A stretch of DNA of 64,000 bases from a virus: the IMG/VR virus record IMGVR_UViG_3300021378_000004; one strand, written 5' to 3'. The position numbers and the translations under genes were made by a program. A model generated the notes under the pieces. It was given only the letters and a program-made list of their open reading frames with translations. It did no database searches and was not told the origin of the DNA. The first letter of the stretch is position 1; the number at the start of each line of letters is the position of its first letter. Below, piece by piece: positions 38,988 through 48,074 of the stretch.

Positions 38988-39718
38988 TGAAAATAGCAAT
39001 TTGCATCTCTGGTATTGCCAGAGGTAACGTAAAAAGAAATATTGGTTATTTAAAAAAAGCATTTCCTGATGCACATATGTTTTTTTCTTCATGGGAAGAG
39101 CACAAAAATAACGAATCAGAAAAGTATAATTCTACATATTATCCTGAGCCACAAATGCATTATAATCCGTGGAAAGATTGTGTAACCGATAATCCTCATC
39201 CAAAATATCATGCTTACAAAAAAGATTTTGTAAATGGAACTGGTCAATCCAGCCAAGGTAAACTTCTTAACGCTACAAAACAAATTATAGCTCACGCTTA
39301 TCAAGTTGCTGATTTACCAGAAGAATATGATATGATTATAAGATCAAGATGGGATACAGTAGTTTCTGAAATTGTAAATTTTAATAATTACTTAGAGCAA
39401 TCTTATAATGAAAATATAGCAATTGGTTTTGCTATACGTGGAGGCAGATGGACAAATTTAAATCAGTTTAAAGATGTTGATCATGTTTTTATAGATGAAA
39501 ATACTGATCAAATGTGGAGTAGAGATTGGAGTTATTGGTTAAATGATAATTTAATATTTCATCCACGTAACTTGTATGATACTGAATTAGTACATAAATT
39601 ACATAAAGAAAAAAGATTATGGCCTGCTGAGTATGGTTGGTATCAAATGTTAAGTACTTTAGATAATCATCATTGTGTTTATGGCGGCGCAGTACTAGAA
39701 AAATTTTGGCGTAATTAA
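38987..39718 (+). CDS. Putative glycan-modifying protein
   Basis: MKIAICISG...YDMIIRSRWD pattern typical of viral glycan clusters. Confidence 0.55.
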   Translation: MKIAICISGIARGNVKRNIGYLKKAFPDAHMFFSSWEEHKNNESEKYNSTYYPEPQMHYNPWKDCVTDNPHPKYHAYKKDFVNGTGQSSQGKLLNATKQIIAHAYQVADLPEEYDMIIRSRWDTVVSEIVNFNNYLEQSYNENIAIGFAIRGGRWTNLNQFKDVDHVFIDENTDQMWSRDWSYWLNDNLIFHPRNLYDTELVHKLHKEKRLWPAEYGWYQMLSTLDNHHCVYGGAVLEKFWRN

Positions 39719-39719
39719 A

Positions 39720-40145
39720 ATGCTTGATATATTAATGCAAAGGTATAAATCTAATAGACAAAAACATTCTTTATTTTATGAAAAAGAATTATTTCAATAT
39801 AGGCATAAACCTTTAAATGTTTTACAAGTTGGCGTTGAAAATAGTATAGCTGTTTGGCATAAATTTTTAGAAAGATCTAACATTTATTGTGTTGATGAAT
39901 TTGATAAAAAACAACCAGATAAATACAATTATCTAGAAGAAAAAAGAATATTTTGGTCAAGATGTGATACATTAAATCAAAAAAATATTAATGATGTTAT
40001 GATAAACGTATGGAACAAACCAAGATTTGATATTATAATAGATAATGTTAATAATTTTGCATATTCTAGAAAAGATTATTTAAGAAGATATTGTATTGGA
40101 AAATACTATATTGAAGACGAAACAGAAGTAAAGGTAATTAAATGA
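39720..40145 (+). CDS. Degenerate or truncated SAM methyltransferase
   Basis: LNVLQVGV, SIAVW, FDIIID; short for the fold. Confidence 0.5.
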   Translation: MLDILMQRYKSNRQKHSLFYEKELFQYRHKPLNVLQVGVENSIAVWHKFLERSNIYCVDEFDKKQPDKYNYLEEKRIFWSRCDTLNQKNINDVMINVWNKPRFDIIIDNVNNFAYSRKDYLRRYCIGKYYIEDETEVKVIK

Positions 40146-40840
40146 AAGCTTTTGCAATAGTAGTACCAGACAATAAAATTTCAATGGCTGGTTTTAATGA
40201 ACTTAAAGAAAGTTATGAAAAGTATGGCCATGAAGACGGTCTTGAAATGCATGAAGCTATTTCACTTGATAAAGTGGAATTAATAGCAGGCGGTAACGGT
40301 TTAACTTGGAATTATCCATGGGAAGGCAAAGAATCAGATATTAAAAGTGGACTAATTAAATCTGCTTACTCAACAGCAGATAAAAGAAAACGTATTTCAT
40401 GCTTTATGAGCCACTGGTATTTATGGCAAAAATGTGTCAAACTTGATGAAACTATATTAATTTTAGAACATGATTCAAGACTTGTAAAAAGATTGCCAGC
40501 AGATAGTACATTTGAAAAAGCTAATTACGATATTATAGGCATAAACGATCCATCAATGGCAACAAGAAAATCAAAGATTTATCATGATAAAATACTAGAT
40601 AGAATTGATTTCTTTCAACCAGTTCCAAGGATTGACGAATTTAACATTCCGCAAGGATTAGCCGGAAATTCGGCATACGTTATAAAACCAGCAGGTGCAA
40701 AACATATGCTAGAATTATCTCAAGAATACGGCATGTGGCCTAATGACGCGCTAATGTGCTATCAATTAGTACCTAAGCTTGGTGTAACACGTAATTTCTA
40801 TACAAGAATACAAGGATTGAGGTCAACAACAACACTATGA
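40142..40840 (+). CDS. GT25-family glycosyltransferase
   Basis: SCFMSHWYLW, LILEHD, AYVIKPAGA. Confidence 0.8.
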   Translation: MKAFAIVVPDNKISMAGFNELKESYEKYGHEDGLEMHEAISLDKVELIAGGNGLTWNYPWEGKESDIKSGLIKSAYSTADKRKRISCFMSHWYLWQKCVKLDETILILEHDSRLVKRLPADSTFEKANYDIIGINDPSMATRKSKIYHDKILDRIDFFQPVPRIDEFNIPQGLAGNSAYVIKPAGAKHMLELSQEYGMWPNDALMCYQLVPKLGVTRNFYTRIQGLRSTTTL

Positions 40841-41478
40841 AAATGTATGTAATAACAATAACAGAAAATGACAGATCTGTGCAGGTTGCTGATAGATGTG
40901 TTAAAAGTGGTTTAGTATTTGGTTATAAAATAAACAAGCATAAAGCTTACACTCCAGAAAATTGTGATGTTTATGAAGAGTTAAAAAAACTTAAGTATCC
41001 TTCTGCAGCATTTAATGAGATATATAGCAGACCAGAAAATTGTATAGCAGGGTTTTTAAGCCATCACAGTTTGTGGAAAAAATGTGTTAAGTCTAAAGAG
41101 CCTATAGTCATATTTGAGCATGACGCTGTATTAACTGGTGATATTCCACAAATGATGATGTTTGATATTTTAAACCTTGGTAAACCGTCATACGGCAAAT
41201 TCAATACACCGTCGTTTATAGGTTATGGATCACTTGTATCTAAACCATATTTTCCAGGTGCACATGCATATAGATTAACACCAAAAGGTGCACAACAATT
41301 GATTGATGAGTGCGTATTTTCTGCAGGTCCAACAGACATATACATACATTCAAGTAAGTTTACACTAGGTGAATATTATCCTTGGCCAGCAGAAGCAAGA
41401 GACAGTTTTACTACAATACAACAAAAACAAGGATGTTACGCAAAACATAATTATGGTGAAACCTATGAAATTATATGA
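40837..41478 (+). CDS. GT25-family glycosyltransferase (paralog)
   Basis: FLSHHSLW, VIFEHD, AYRLTPKGA. Confidence 0.8.
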   Translation: MKMYVITITENDRSVQVADRCVKSGLVFGYKINKHKAYTPENCDVYEELKKLKYPSAAFNEIYSRPENCIAGFLSHHSLWKKCVKSKEPIVIFEHDAVLTGDIPQMMMFDILNLGKPSYGKFNTPSFIGYGSLVSKPYFPGAHAYRLTPKGAQQLIDECVFSAGPTDIYIHSSKFTLGEYYPWPAEARDSFTTIQQKQGCYAKHNYGETYEII

Positions 41479-42109
41479 TGAAGCATTTATTACTGGTTGT
41501 GATGAAGGTCATGAATGGATGCTCCCTTGGTTTTTTAAAAATTATAAAGCTCATTGTGAAAAGCCATTAGTATTTTCTGATTTTGGTTTAAGTAAAGAAG
41601 GACTTAGGCTAGTTCGATCAAATGCGCATGCTGTTATGAATTTAGGTGAAGTGGAAGAAAAAGGTTGGTTTAGAAAACCATTATCAATGTGGAAATCTCC
41701 TTCGAAAAAAACTGTATGGATAGATTTAGACTGTGAAGTTAAAGATAATATTGATGGTATATTTGATTTATTAGAACCTAATAAGTTAGCAATGGTTAAA
41801 GATGAACCGTGGATATTGCGTCGTAAGCACCTTTGGCACAACTCAGGCATTGTCGGCTTTATAGGTAAACCTACAATATTATCATTATGGTGTGGTGCTG
41901 TCAGAAATAATCATACTACTGATATAGGAGATCAAGAGATACTTGATAAATTATTAAACCCTATTACAAAAATTACTTATATTAAGGATTTACCTAACGA
42001 ATATAACGTAATGAGAATACAAACTGAAGTAGATGGCTATAATGGCAAAATACGAATTATGCATTGGACTGGAAAAAAAGGCAAAGATAAGATTAGGAGT
42101 ATGTTATGA
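41465..42109 (+). CDS. GT-A glycosyltransferase (GT8-like)
   Basis: WIDLD, NSGIV, GDQEIL, EYN, IMHWTG. Confidence 0.75.
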   Translation: MKLYDEAFITGCDEGHEWMLPWFFKNYKAHCEKPLVFSDFGLSKEGLRLVRSNAHAVMNLGEVEEKGWFRKPLSMWKSPSKKTVWIDLDCEVKDNIDGIFDLLEPNKLAMVKDEPWILRRKHLWHNSGIVGFIGKPTILSLWCGAVRNNHTTDIGDQEILDKLLNPITKITYIKDLPNEYNVMRIQTEVDGYNGKIRIMHWTGKKGKDKIRSML

Positions 42110-42726
42110 ATAAGGTAGTACATATTGTTGGAAACGGTGATCAATCTAGTTTGTACTTAAAAGAAACGCGAGTTGGAATGAAACTCACTTGCAATATTCC
42201 CCCTTGGCCTGTACCTGGTGCATATGGTACAATTATGGTTGACTTTAAAATGATGAGAGCTTTACATGAAGGATCATTATCTATTCCTGGCAATTGGATT
42301 TTAGGCATGAGACCTAAAATTTGGATGGATCAACAACCTACATTTTATGTTAAACATTCTTCTCAAGTAAGAGAATTTTATACTGTTTTGCCAAAATATG
42401 TAGCAAATTATACAGATTTTAATTGTGGTCACATGGCAGTACATTATGCAGCAAATAAAGTAAAAGCAGATGAAGTACACTTATATGGATTTGACTCTAT
42501 ATTTGATTTTAATTTAAGAAGTTGTTCTGATTTCTATCTTAATTCGGACAGAGGTAATATGAATAACCACAGATTAGCCAATAATTGGCGCCCAGTGTGG
42601 GAAAATATGTTTAAAGAATTTCCAAATACTAAATTTGTATTGCACCATATACACAATGCTATTAAAGTTAGAATAACAAACAATGTTCATATTGTAACAT
42701 ACGATTCAAAAACTCAAATGGATTAG
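42106..42726 (+). CDS. Sialyltransferase/Maf-like glycosyltransferase
   Basis: HIVGNG.S, CGHMAVHYA, EVHLYGFD. Confidence 0.55.
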   Translation: MNKVVHIVGNGDQSSLYLKETRVGMKLTCNIPPWPVPGAYGTIMVDFKMMRALHEGSLSIPGNWILGMRPKIWMDQQPTFYVKHSSQVREFYTVLPKYVANYTDFNCGHMAVHYAANKVKADEVHLYGFDSIFDFNLRSCSDFYLNSDRGNMNNHRLANNWRPVWENMFKEFPNTKFVLHHIHNAIKVRITNNVHIVTYDSKTQMD

Positions 42727-42798
42727 TTAACATGTTCACAACAAACTTTGAAAAAAGTGAAAAAAAAGGTGTACAAACCTCTTTTTTTATGGTATAAT
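42727..42798 (+). promoter_or_regulatory. AACATGTT palindrome plus early promoter
   Basis: TTAACATGTT at 42727; TGTACA-N17-TATAAT 42770-42798. Confidence 0.75.
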
Positions 42799-42833
42799 AT
42801 ATCTATTAAAATGAAAAAAGCGGAGAAAATAAT

Positions 42834-43022
42834 ATGTCAAAAGTTAAAAGTTTAGTTATGGATTCAATGGAAGAGTTTTACAATAACGCAGAGCATATCG
42901 TTAAGAATGCCAAGTCTTTATCTCAAGCCAAAGAACATGTTGAAATCATGAGAAATAGAGAGTTTAATTGGTTAGATGAATCTCAAATTTCTGATGAAGT
43001 TGAGATGTATTGGTATGCTTAA
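42834..43022 (+). CDS. Hypothetical early protein
   Basis: GCGGAG SD after the promoter. Confidence 0.6.
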   Translation: MSKVKSLVMDSMEEFYNNAEHIVKNAKSLSQAKEHVEIMRNREFNWLDESQISDEVEMYWYA

Positions 43023-43563
43023 TAATACTGATTATTTAAAAGGTTTACTGTTTGGTGTATTTGGTATGCTAGTATTAACCTATTGTACACCAGTAAACGC
43101 TCAAACACATAAACAAGAAGAAACAACCTGCTTAGCAAAAAATATGTATTGGGAAGCACGCAATCAATCTGTGGAAGGAATGATTGCTGTAGCGTATGTT
43201 ACTATGAATAGAGTTCATGATGAAAGATTTCCAAATACAGTATGTCAAGTTGTGTATCAAGGTCAGCATTCTAAATGGTTTTTAGAAAAACATAATAAGT
43301 GGCATCCTCTTAGAGATAGATGTCAATTTAGTTGGTATTGTGATGGAAAAGCCGATGATGTGCCATCTATAGATCATGTATTGTATGATAGTATAAAAGT
43401 TATTGCATCTAAAATAGTATATGGTTATAATTCCATATTAATGTATGATTTCACTAGAGGCGCAACACATTATCATGCTGATTATGTATCTCCAGACTGG
43501 GCATCTAGAAAAACACATACAGTTACAATTGGTAAACATATATTCTATAGATGGGAACAATAA
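43015..43563 (+). CDS. Cell wall hydrolase (SleB/Hydrolase_2)
   Basis: CLAKNMYWEARNQ, VAYVTMNRV, FPNTVCQVV, CQFSWYCDG, GATHYHADYVSPDW, HIFYR. Confidence 0.92.
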   Translation: MLNNTDYLKGLLFGVFGMLVLTYCTPVNAQTHKQEETTCLAKNMYWEARNQSVEGMIAVAYVTMNRVHDERFPNTVCQVVYQGQHSKWFLEKHNKWHPLRDRCQFSWYCDGKADDVPSIDHVLYDSIKVIASKIVYGYNSILMYDFTRGATHYHADYVSPDWASRKTHTVTIGKHIFYRWEQ

Positions 43564-43789
43564 ATGGATAAATGGTTAAAAGCAATGAATAGTTGTTTAG
43601 ATCACGAAGGTAAAGTAATTCCATACTTTTGGAGAAATAACATATGAGTATTGATTCTGAATTAATGATAGCTGAGTTTATTGTAGAACATCACGGCCAT
43701 AAAATAGAACCAGGCAATATACACGAAAACAATCAGACAGTTATTGATTGGGTTAATAACGCAAAGAAAATAATAGAGGATAAGCGTAA

Positions 43790-44164
43790 ATGAGTAATGA
43801 ATTGGTAAAAAGACCAGAAATATCTTATAAATTTAATGAAGATATGTACGTTGATGAATTAATGGACGTTATTAACAGTACGTATAAAGGGCATTACTCT
43901 AGAGAACAGTTTCAAGCAACAGAGTTTATAATTGATGGTGGTCATGGCGCAGGATTTTGTATCGGTAATATAATGAAATATGCGCAAAGGTATGGCAAAA
44001 AAGGTTCAATTGAAGATGCAAGAAAAGATATAATGAAAGTATTACATTATGCAACTATTATGTTACATGTACATGATAGAGATCAATTCGATAATATAGC
44101 CGACATAGATAGTAGATTGTCTATGGGCGATTCAGATGAAGAATACAAATACAACACCGATTAA
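43790..44164 (+). CDS. DUF3310-like (putative nucleotide kinase) protein
   Basis: HY...FCIGNIMKYAQRYGKKG...DIMKVLHY. Confidence 0.65.
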   Translation: MSNELVKRPEISYKFNEDMYVDELMDVINSTYKGHYSREQFQATEFIIDGGHGAGFCIGNIMKYAQRYGKKGSIEDARKDIMKVLHYATIMLHVHDRDQFDNIADIDSRLSMGDSDEEYKYNTD

Positions 44165-44222
44165 TGTCAAAAAATTGACAAATATGTGTGACATATTATT
44201 GCAAGTGTCAATTTTTTGACAT
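44164..44222. repeat. Nested palindromic element
   Basis: ATGTCAAAAAATTGACA...TGTCAATTTTTTGACAT inverted arms with an internal AATATGT-GTG-ACATATT. Confidence 0.85.
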
Positions 44223-44224
44223 GA

Positions 44225-44232
44225 TATAAATA
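44225..44232 (+). promoter_or_regulatory. Late promoter
   Basis: TATAAATA. Confidence 0.75.
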
Positions 44233-44250
44233 ATATGGTAAGGAGCAATT

Positions 44251-44658
44251 ATGCCAAAAATATCTGAAAATACTGGCGTTGAAATGCCAATACGAAATCT
44301 ACTGTCAATTATTCTGGCAGTGGCTGTAGGCGTATGGGCATATTTTGGTATCATAGAAAGACTGAATAAGTTAGAAACAGACATTACACTAATGTCATCT
44401 GACTTAGAGAAAAATACAGAGTTTCGTATCAAATGGCCACGTGGTGATATGGGTTCTCTACCTGCAGATGCAGAACAATTCATGTTAATTGAACATCTTG
44501 CTGGTCAGTTAGAAAAACTCGCAAATAATATTGAAACTGGCAAAGCTCCGTACGATCAACAACAAAAGCTTACACTTGATTTTTATAAGTCGAGAATTGA
44601 AAAACTTGAAGATCAAATAGAGAAGCTAAAAGATAAAGTATTAAACGGAAAACACTAA
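44251..44658 (+). CDS. Membrane-anchored coiled-coil protein
   Basis: N-terminal TM segment, EFRIKWPRG, coiled coil. Confidence 0.65.
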   Translation: MPKISENTGVEMPIRNLLSIILAVAVGVWAYFGIIERLNKLETDITLMSSDLEKNTEFRIKWPRGDMGSLPADAEQFMLIEHLAGQLEKLANNIETGKAPYDQQQKLTLDFYKSRIEKLEDQIEKLKDKVLNGKH

Positions 44659-44876
44659 TGGAAATATTTACAGGTTTTATTTTATTAATGTTTATGAGTG
44701 GAGACGTTAAACCGACTGAGTTTACACCTCGCGACTCGATGATGGAATGTTTGAAAGTGAAGAGAAAGATTAAAAGGACTCAAGGTCCTGGTGGTCCTAG
44801 GTGGGTTTGCAAACAAGGCAAACTTGAAATGGAAATTAAAAACGGTGAAAAACACCCACTGAAAATACTCGAATGA
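44658..44876 (+). CDS. Small exported protein with two Cys
   Basis: Coupled to the upstream gene; CLKVKRKI...WVCK. Confidence 0.55.
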   Translation: MEIFTGFILLMFMSGDVKPTEFTPRDSMMECLKVKRKIKRTQGPGGPRWVCKQGKLEMEIKNGEKHPLKILE

Positions 44877-45091
44877 CACATGCTTTTTTATTAATGGTTT
44901 ACTTAGGTAAACAGGTGACAAGTCAAGATATGTATTTTAGAAATATTGATAACTGTTTATATTATGCTCAGCGTCTTACTAAACAACCATCTGTGCCAAA
45001 TAGAATTGCTGACGATGATGCGCCTAAAAGATTATTTTATACTGCAGTATGCGTACCTAAACGCATAGGTGGTGATCAAAAAGTTTATTAA
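44873..45091 (+). CDS. Small hypothetical protein with two Cys
   Basis: MYFRNIDNCLYYA...TAVCVP. Confidence 0.55.
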   Translation: MTHAFLLMVYLGKQVTSQDMYFRNIDNCLYYAQRLTKQPSVPNRIADDDAPKRLFYTAVCVPKRIGGDQKVY

Positions 45092-45366
45092 CGTTTTTTC
45101 TTTTTAGGTGATGTTTTTACAATACTATCAAGAGCTTTTTGTCTAAGTTGCTCCATATCATCTGGTTGACTAAACTTAGGCTTTTCTCTTAATTTAAGTT
45201 GTGCTTTAAATTTATTTTTGACTGGTTCAGGATCACTACTACTATTAATTAATATGTGTATAGCTTTATAACCGTCTCCCATAAAGACAAGTTTATCTTC
45301 AGAATATAACTTTGCTTTAGTTGCAGCGTTTAAGTCTAATATAAATTTCTCATGTTTGAATATCAT
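45088..45366 (-). CDS. Hypothetical protein (probable start MIFKH)
   Basis: Minus-strand block under the late promoter at 46324-46331. Confidence 0.5.
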   Translation of the reverse strand: MIFKHEKFILDLNAATKAKLYSEDKLVFMGDGYKAIHILINSSSDPEPVKNKFKAQLKLREKPKFSQPDDMEQLRQKALDSIVKTSPKKKKR

Positions 45367-45507
45367 CTTTTTTGTTACTACACTCACAGGTTTGGCACAC
45401 ATCGTTAATACATTCTTGACAACCACTTGAATAACAATGGCACCTATGGCCACAATATGTGCAATGTCTTTCTTCGCCTACGTTAGATTCACCTATCATA
45501 ATATCTC

Positions 45508-45840
45508 CTATTTGTTTTTACCAATTGAATTTAAACTTTCCATAACATTATCTATATTTGGTTCTTTACTGTTTGGTTGATACTTACATTTAAATTGCTT
45601 AGGACAGTTATTATCAAACAACAACTCAAATGTTTTATTACCACCTTCATAGATACACGCTTTATCGCCAGACTTTGATTGTATAAGTTTTTTTAAACGA
45701 CATGTCGTTAACTTAGGTTTAATAACGTCGCCTCTTTGTATCTTCTGTTGGCGAGTATAATCTTTTTTAGTGCCGTATGTTTTAGCACCAGCAATTGCTA
45801 CTGAAGATATTAATAAAAATATTAAAGTCTTGAATACCAT
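45508..45840 (-). CDS. Hypothetical exported Cys-containing protein
   Basis: Signal peptide; TTCRL, CIY, CPKQFKC. Confidence 0.6.
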   Translation of the reverse strand: MVFKTLIFLLISSVAIAGAKTYGTKKDYTRQQKIQRGDVIKPKLTTCRLKKLIQSKSGDKACIYEGGNKTFELLFDNNCPKQFKCKYQPNSKEPNIDNVMESLNSIGKNK

Positions 45841-46301
45841 ACTGATCCAACTATAATTGCAAGGCCTGCAAATATGAGACCCGCAACTAATAAAACCTGT
45901 TTAACTTCTGACCATAACTCCGCATCTGCTTTACGTTTATCAATACGTGCTTGCTTTTGTGCTTCTTTATGTTCCTGTATACGTTTAGCGCGTTCTTCCA
46001 TGATCTCACGCCAAGTATTAGGACCAAACCTTAAGTTAATCATTTGTGAAATTTCTTGTAACTGTTCAGCTGCAAGCCGTGCATCAATCGCTTCACGCGC
46101 AATATGTGCAGTATCAAACTGTTCTTTGATACCCATACCTCTTTTATTAGCACGTTTTTCAACTTCGTCTTTACCTCGAAGTAAACCGTCTATCGCACTA
46201 CCGATTTCGCCTATGTCTTTACACGTGTCTATGTTAGACTTTATGAACTCTACACTGGATTTAACCAACGCAATGCCCGCTAGTATTTCTGCTACTGGCA
46301 T
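45822..46301 (-). CDS. Hypothetical protein with C-terminal TM
   Basis: AGGAG SD; INLRFGPNTW; coiled coil plus TM. Confidence 0.65.
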   Translation of the reverse strand: MPVAEILAGIALVKSSVEFIKSNIDTCKDIGEIGSAIDGLLRGKDEVEKRANKRGMGIKEQFDTAHIAREAIDARLAAEQLQEISQMINLRFGPNTWREIMEERAKRIQEHKEAQKQARIDKRKADAELWSEVKQVLLVAGLIFAGLAIIVGSVWYSRL

Positions 46302-46323
46302 CTCAACTCCTCTTCTTCATAAC

Positions 46324-46331
46324 TATTTATA
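46324..46331 (-). promoter_or_regulatory. Late promoter (minus strand)
   Basis: TATAAATA on the minus strand upstream of the 46301 start. Confidence 0.75.
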
Positions 46332-46340
46332 AAAAAAAGG

Positions 46341-46369
46341 TGTACAAACGGCTATTTTTATGGTATAAT
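46341..46369 (+). promoter_or_regulatory. Early promoter
   Basis: TGTACA-N17-TATAAT. Confidence 0.75.
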
Positions 46370-46418
46370 ATATACTATATAATGATGCTAAAGAAATTTA
46401 TTATATGAGGAGAGATTA

Positions 46419-46607
46419 GTGCGAACTAAGCAAATCAACAGGCCAGATAGTGGTGCACTAGCTCTTTTTGCGTGTCTTCGCTATGAGGAAGCAACATTAA
46501 AAAATGTTACAGACTTTGAAGAACGGTGGGACATAACAGATGCAGAACGTCAAATTATTCTTAAATGGATAACAAAGCGTATGGAAGATATAAAAAGCAA
46601 GTTATAA
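46419..46607 (+). CDS. Hypothetical protein
   Basis: GAGGAG SD, GTG start. Confidence 0.55.
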   Translation: MRTKQINRPDSGALALFACLRYEEATLKNVTDFEERWDITDAERQIILKWITKRMEDIKSKL

Positions 46608-46610
46608 ATA
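46603..46610 (+). promoter_or_regulatory. Late promoter of tmRNA
   Basis: TATAAATA just upstream of the tmRNA acceptor piece. Confidence 0.7.
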
Positions 46611-46615
46611 CTACA

Positions 46616-46952
46616 TAACGATGAAACAAAGCGAAAGGTTTGCTGGACTCGGGGGCGGTACCCGACAGCTCCACCAAAATAAGTCTTATGGATGATGTAC
46701 TACTTTGGGAATATAGAAAGACATTAGTTAAGTGGATATGCATAAATAATTATTCACCACGACACGCAAGACTTATCTTGATGGGGCTGAAATAGGATCG
46801 ACAGGTACGTAATAGCGATGTGGAGTTATCCGGATGTAAGCTCGGTTAATGCGAACAAAACGACAAATGCAAACGATAATTTTGCACCTCAAGAGTTAGC
46901 TCAAGCAGCTTAATTCTTATGAGCCCGGAGGAGCTTGGAAACAGAATCCTCC
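46616..46952 (+). ncRNA. ssrA: Permuted two-piece tmRNA (alphaproteobacterial type), tag ANDNFAPQELAQAA
   Basis: The 3' tRNA-like half GGACTCGGGGGCGGTACCCGACAGCTCCACCA (ends 46676) precedes the 5' half GGGGCTGAAATAGGATCGAC (46783); tag frame 46869-46913; ends approximate. Confidence 0.93.
46688..46795 (+). CDS. 35-aa ORF in the tmRNA intervening segment
   Basis: MDDVLLWEYRKTLVKWICINNYSPRHARLILMGLK; no clear SD. Confidence 0.3.
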   Translation: MDDVLLWEYRKTLVKWICINNYSPRHARLILMGLK

Positions 46953-46954
46953 AC

Positions 46955-47200
46955 AGATTTCCTGAGGTGAGTACGTGTTGCAACACTACTTATAAAAAAA
47001 CCGGGATTCACGTGTGCACTTTACGAGGTGCGGCGACGTAGGTGGGCTACCAAGACGGATAAGGTAGACTCGATATAAGAACGTAAAATTACCTACACGG
47101 CGGGGCGGGCTGGACGCACGAGGGAACTAAAATAGTCCTGCTAAAAAAAGTGTGATGACTTAATACATCCGCGTGGAGGAATTGTTACCTCCACACCTTT
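46955..47200 (+). ncRNA. Unclassified GC-rich structured RNA candidate
   Basis: Non-coding, GC-rich for this genome, several hairpins and a long-range GTAGGT/ACCTAC pairing. Confidence 0.5.
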
Positions 47201-47213
47201 ATAGGAGAATTAA

Positions 47214-47432
47214 ATGGCCGAAGAAAAGAAAAACGGAATAGTACAAAAAGAAGATCATAATGAGTTCGAACTTGCTATGAGATTTCTAGGTAATGAGATT
47301 ATTGCTATTAAGTTGGCTGCAACTAACTTCAGCGGTAAACTCATTGTGTATAGTATTTTATTATTATTTCTTACATTTATGCTAATGGAGGTTTTTGGTC
47401 TTGCAGAAATGTTTGGATATGGGATAGAATAA
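47214..47432 (+). CDS. Small membrane protein
   Basis: AGGAG SD; NEFELAMRFLGNE followed by a TM segment. Confidence 0.65.
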   Translation: MAEEKKNGIVQKEDHNEFELAMRFLGNEIIAIKLAATNFSGKLIVYSILLLFLTFMLMEVFGLAEMFGYGIE

Positions 47433-47582
47433 TATGTTATGGAAAATTATTGAATACTCATCGCGCCAACCCAACAATTGGAACCCAAGGAGAAAGATTA
47501 TGACACCAAATCCACACTATATTAATATGATGATTAATATCGGTATATTTGCTATGTTAGTTTACGTTGCTATACAAGTATC

Positions 47583-48074
47583 TTGATTAGACACTTAAAT
47601 ATTTCTTTTGATAAAGATAAAGTAATAAAAGAAATTGATACACTTCATTTAAAAGCTGGCCATTCTAATAATTGGTGGAGAGCAAAAACAGAAGAAAGTA
47701 AACAATTTTGGTATAAGACTGATACGTGGTTAAAAACTATTATTGAAGACACTAATAGTCTACCTGAGATTAAACGTTTAAATGCAGTTTTTAAATGCGA
47801 TATCATATATGTTTATAAGCAATTAGCAAATTCTTCTTTACCAAAGCACAGAGATTATGACGTTATTACTGCAATTAATTTATTATTATCAGATAACGTG
47901 GCACCTATTACTTTTGATTACGGTGATGAACATTATAAAAATGCTTTGATAGATGTGTCTAAACATCATAGTGTTAAGCCGTATTCTAGTGATAGATTAT
48001 TATTAAAATTTGCTTGGCACAAAAAAACGTTTAAAGAAGTAGAAAAAGAATTAAGGGAAAAATGTTTAATATAA
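47583..48074 (+). CDS. Small Fe/2OG oxygenase-like (DSBH) protein, paralog 1
   Basis: HRD...AINLLL...NALIDV..HHSV...RLLLK. Confidence 0.6.
   Translation: MIRHLNISFDKDKVIKEIDTLHLKAGHSNNWWRAKTEESKQFWYKTDTWLKTIIEDTNSLPEIKRLNAVFKCDIIYVYKQLANSSLPKHRDYDVITAINLLLSDNVAPITFDYGDEHYKNALIDVSKHHSVKPYSSDRLLLKFAWHKKTFKEVEKELREKCLI

Noticed and set aside
45874-46332. 152-aa plus-strand ORF and similar antisense ORFs (e.g. 304-540, 7613-7939, 17461-17877, 62591-62962)
   Set aside because: Shadow frames of well-supported genes on the opposite strand
46644-46676. Stand-alone tRNA gene
   Set aside because: Only a T-arm and acceptor 3' strand; explained as the acceptor piece of the permuted tmRNA
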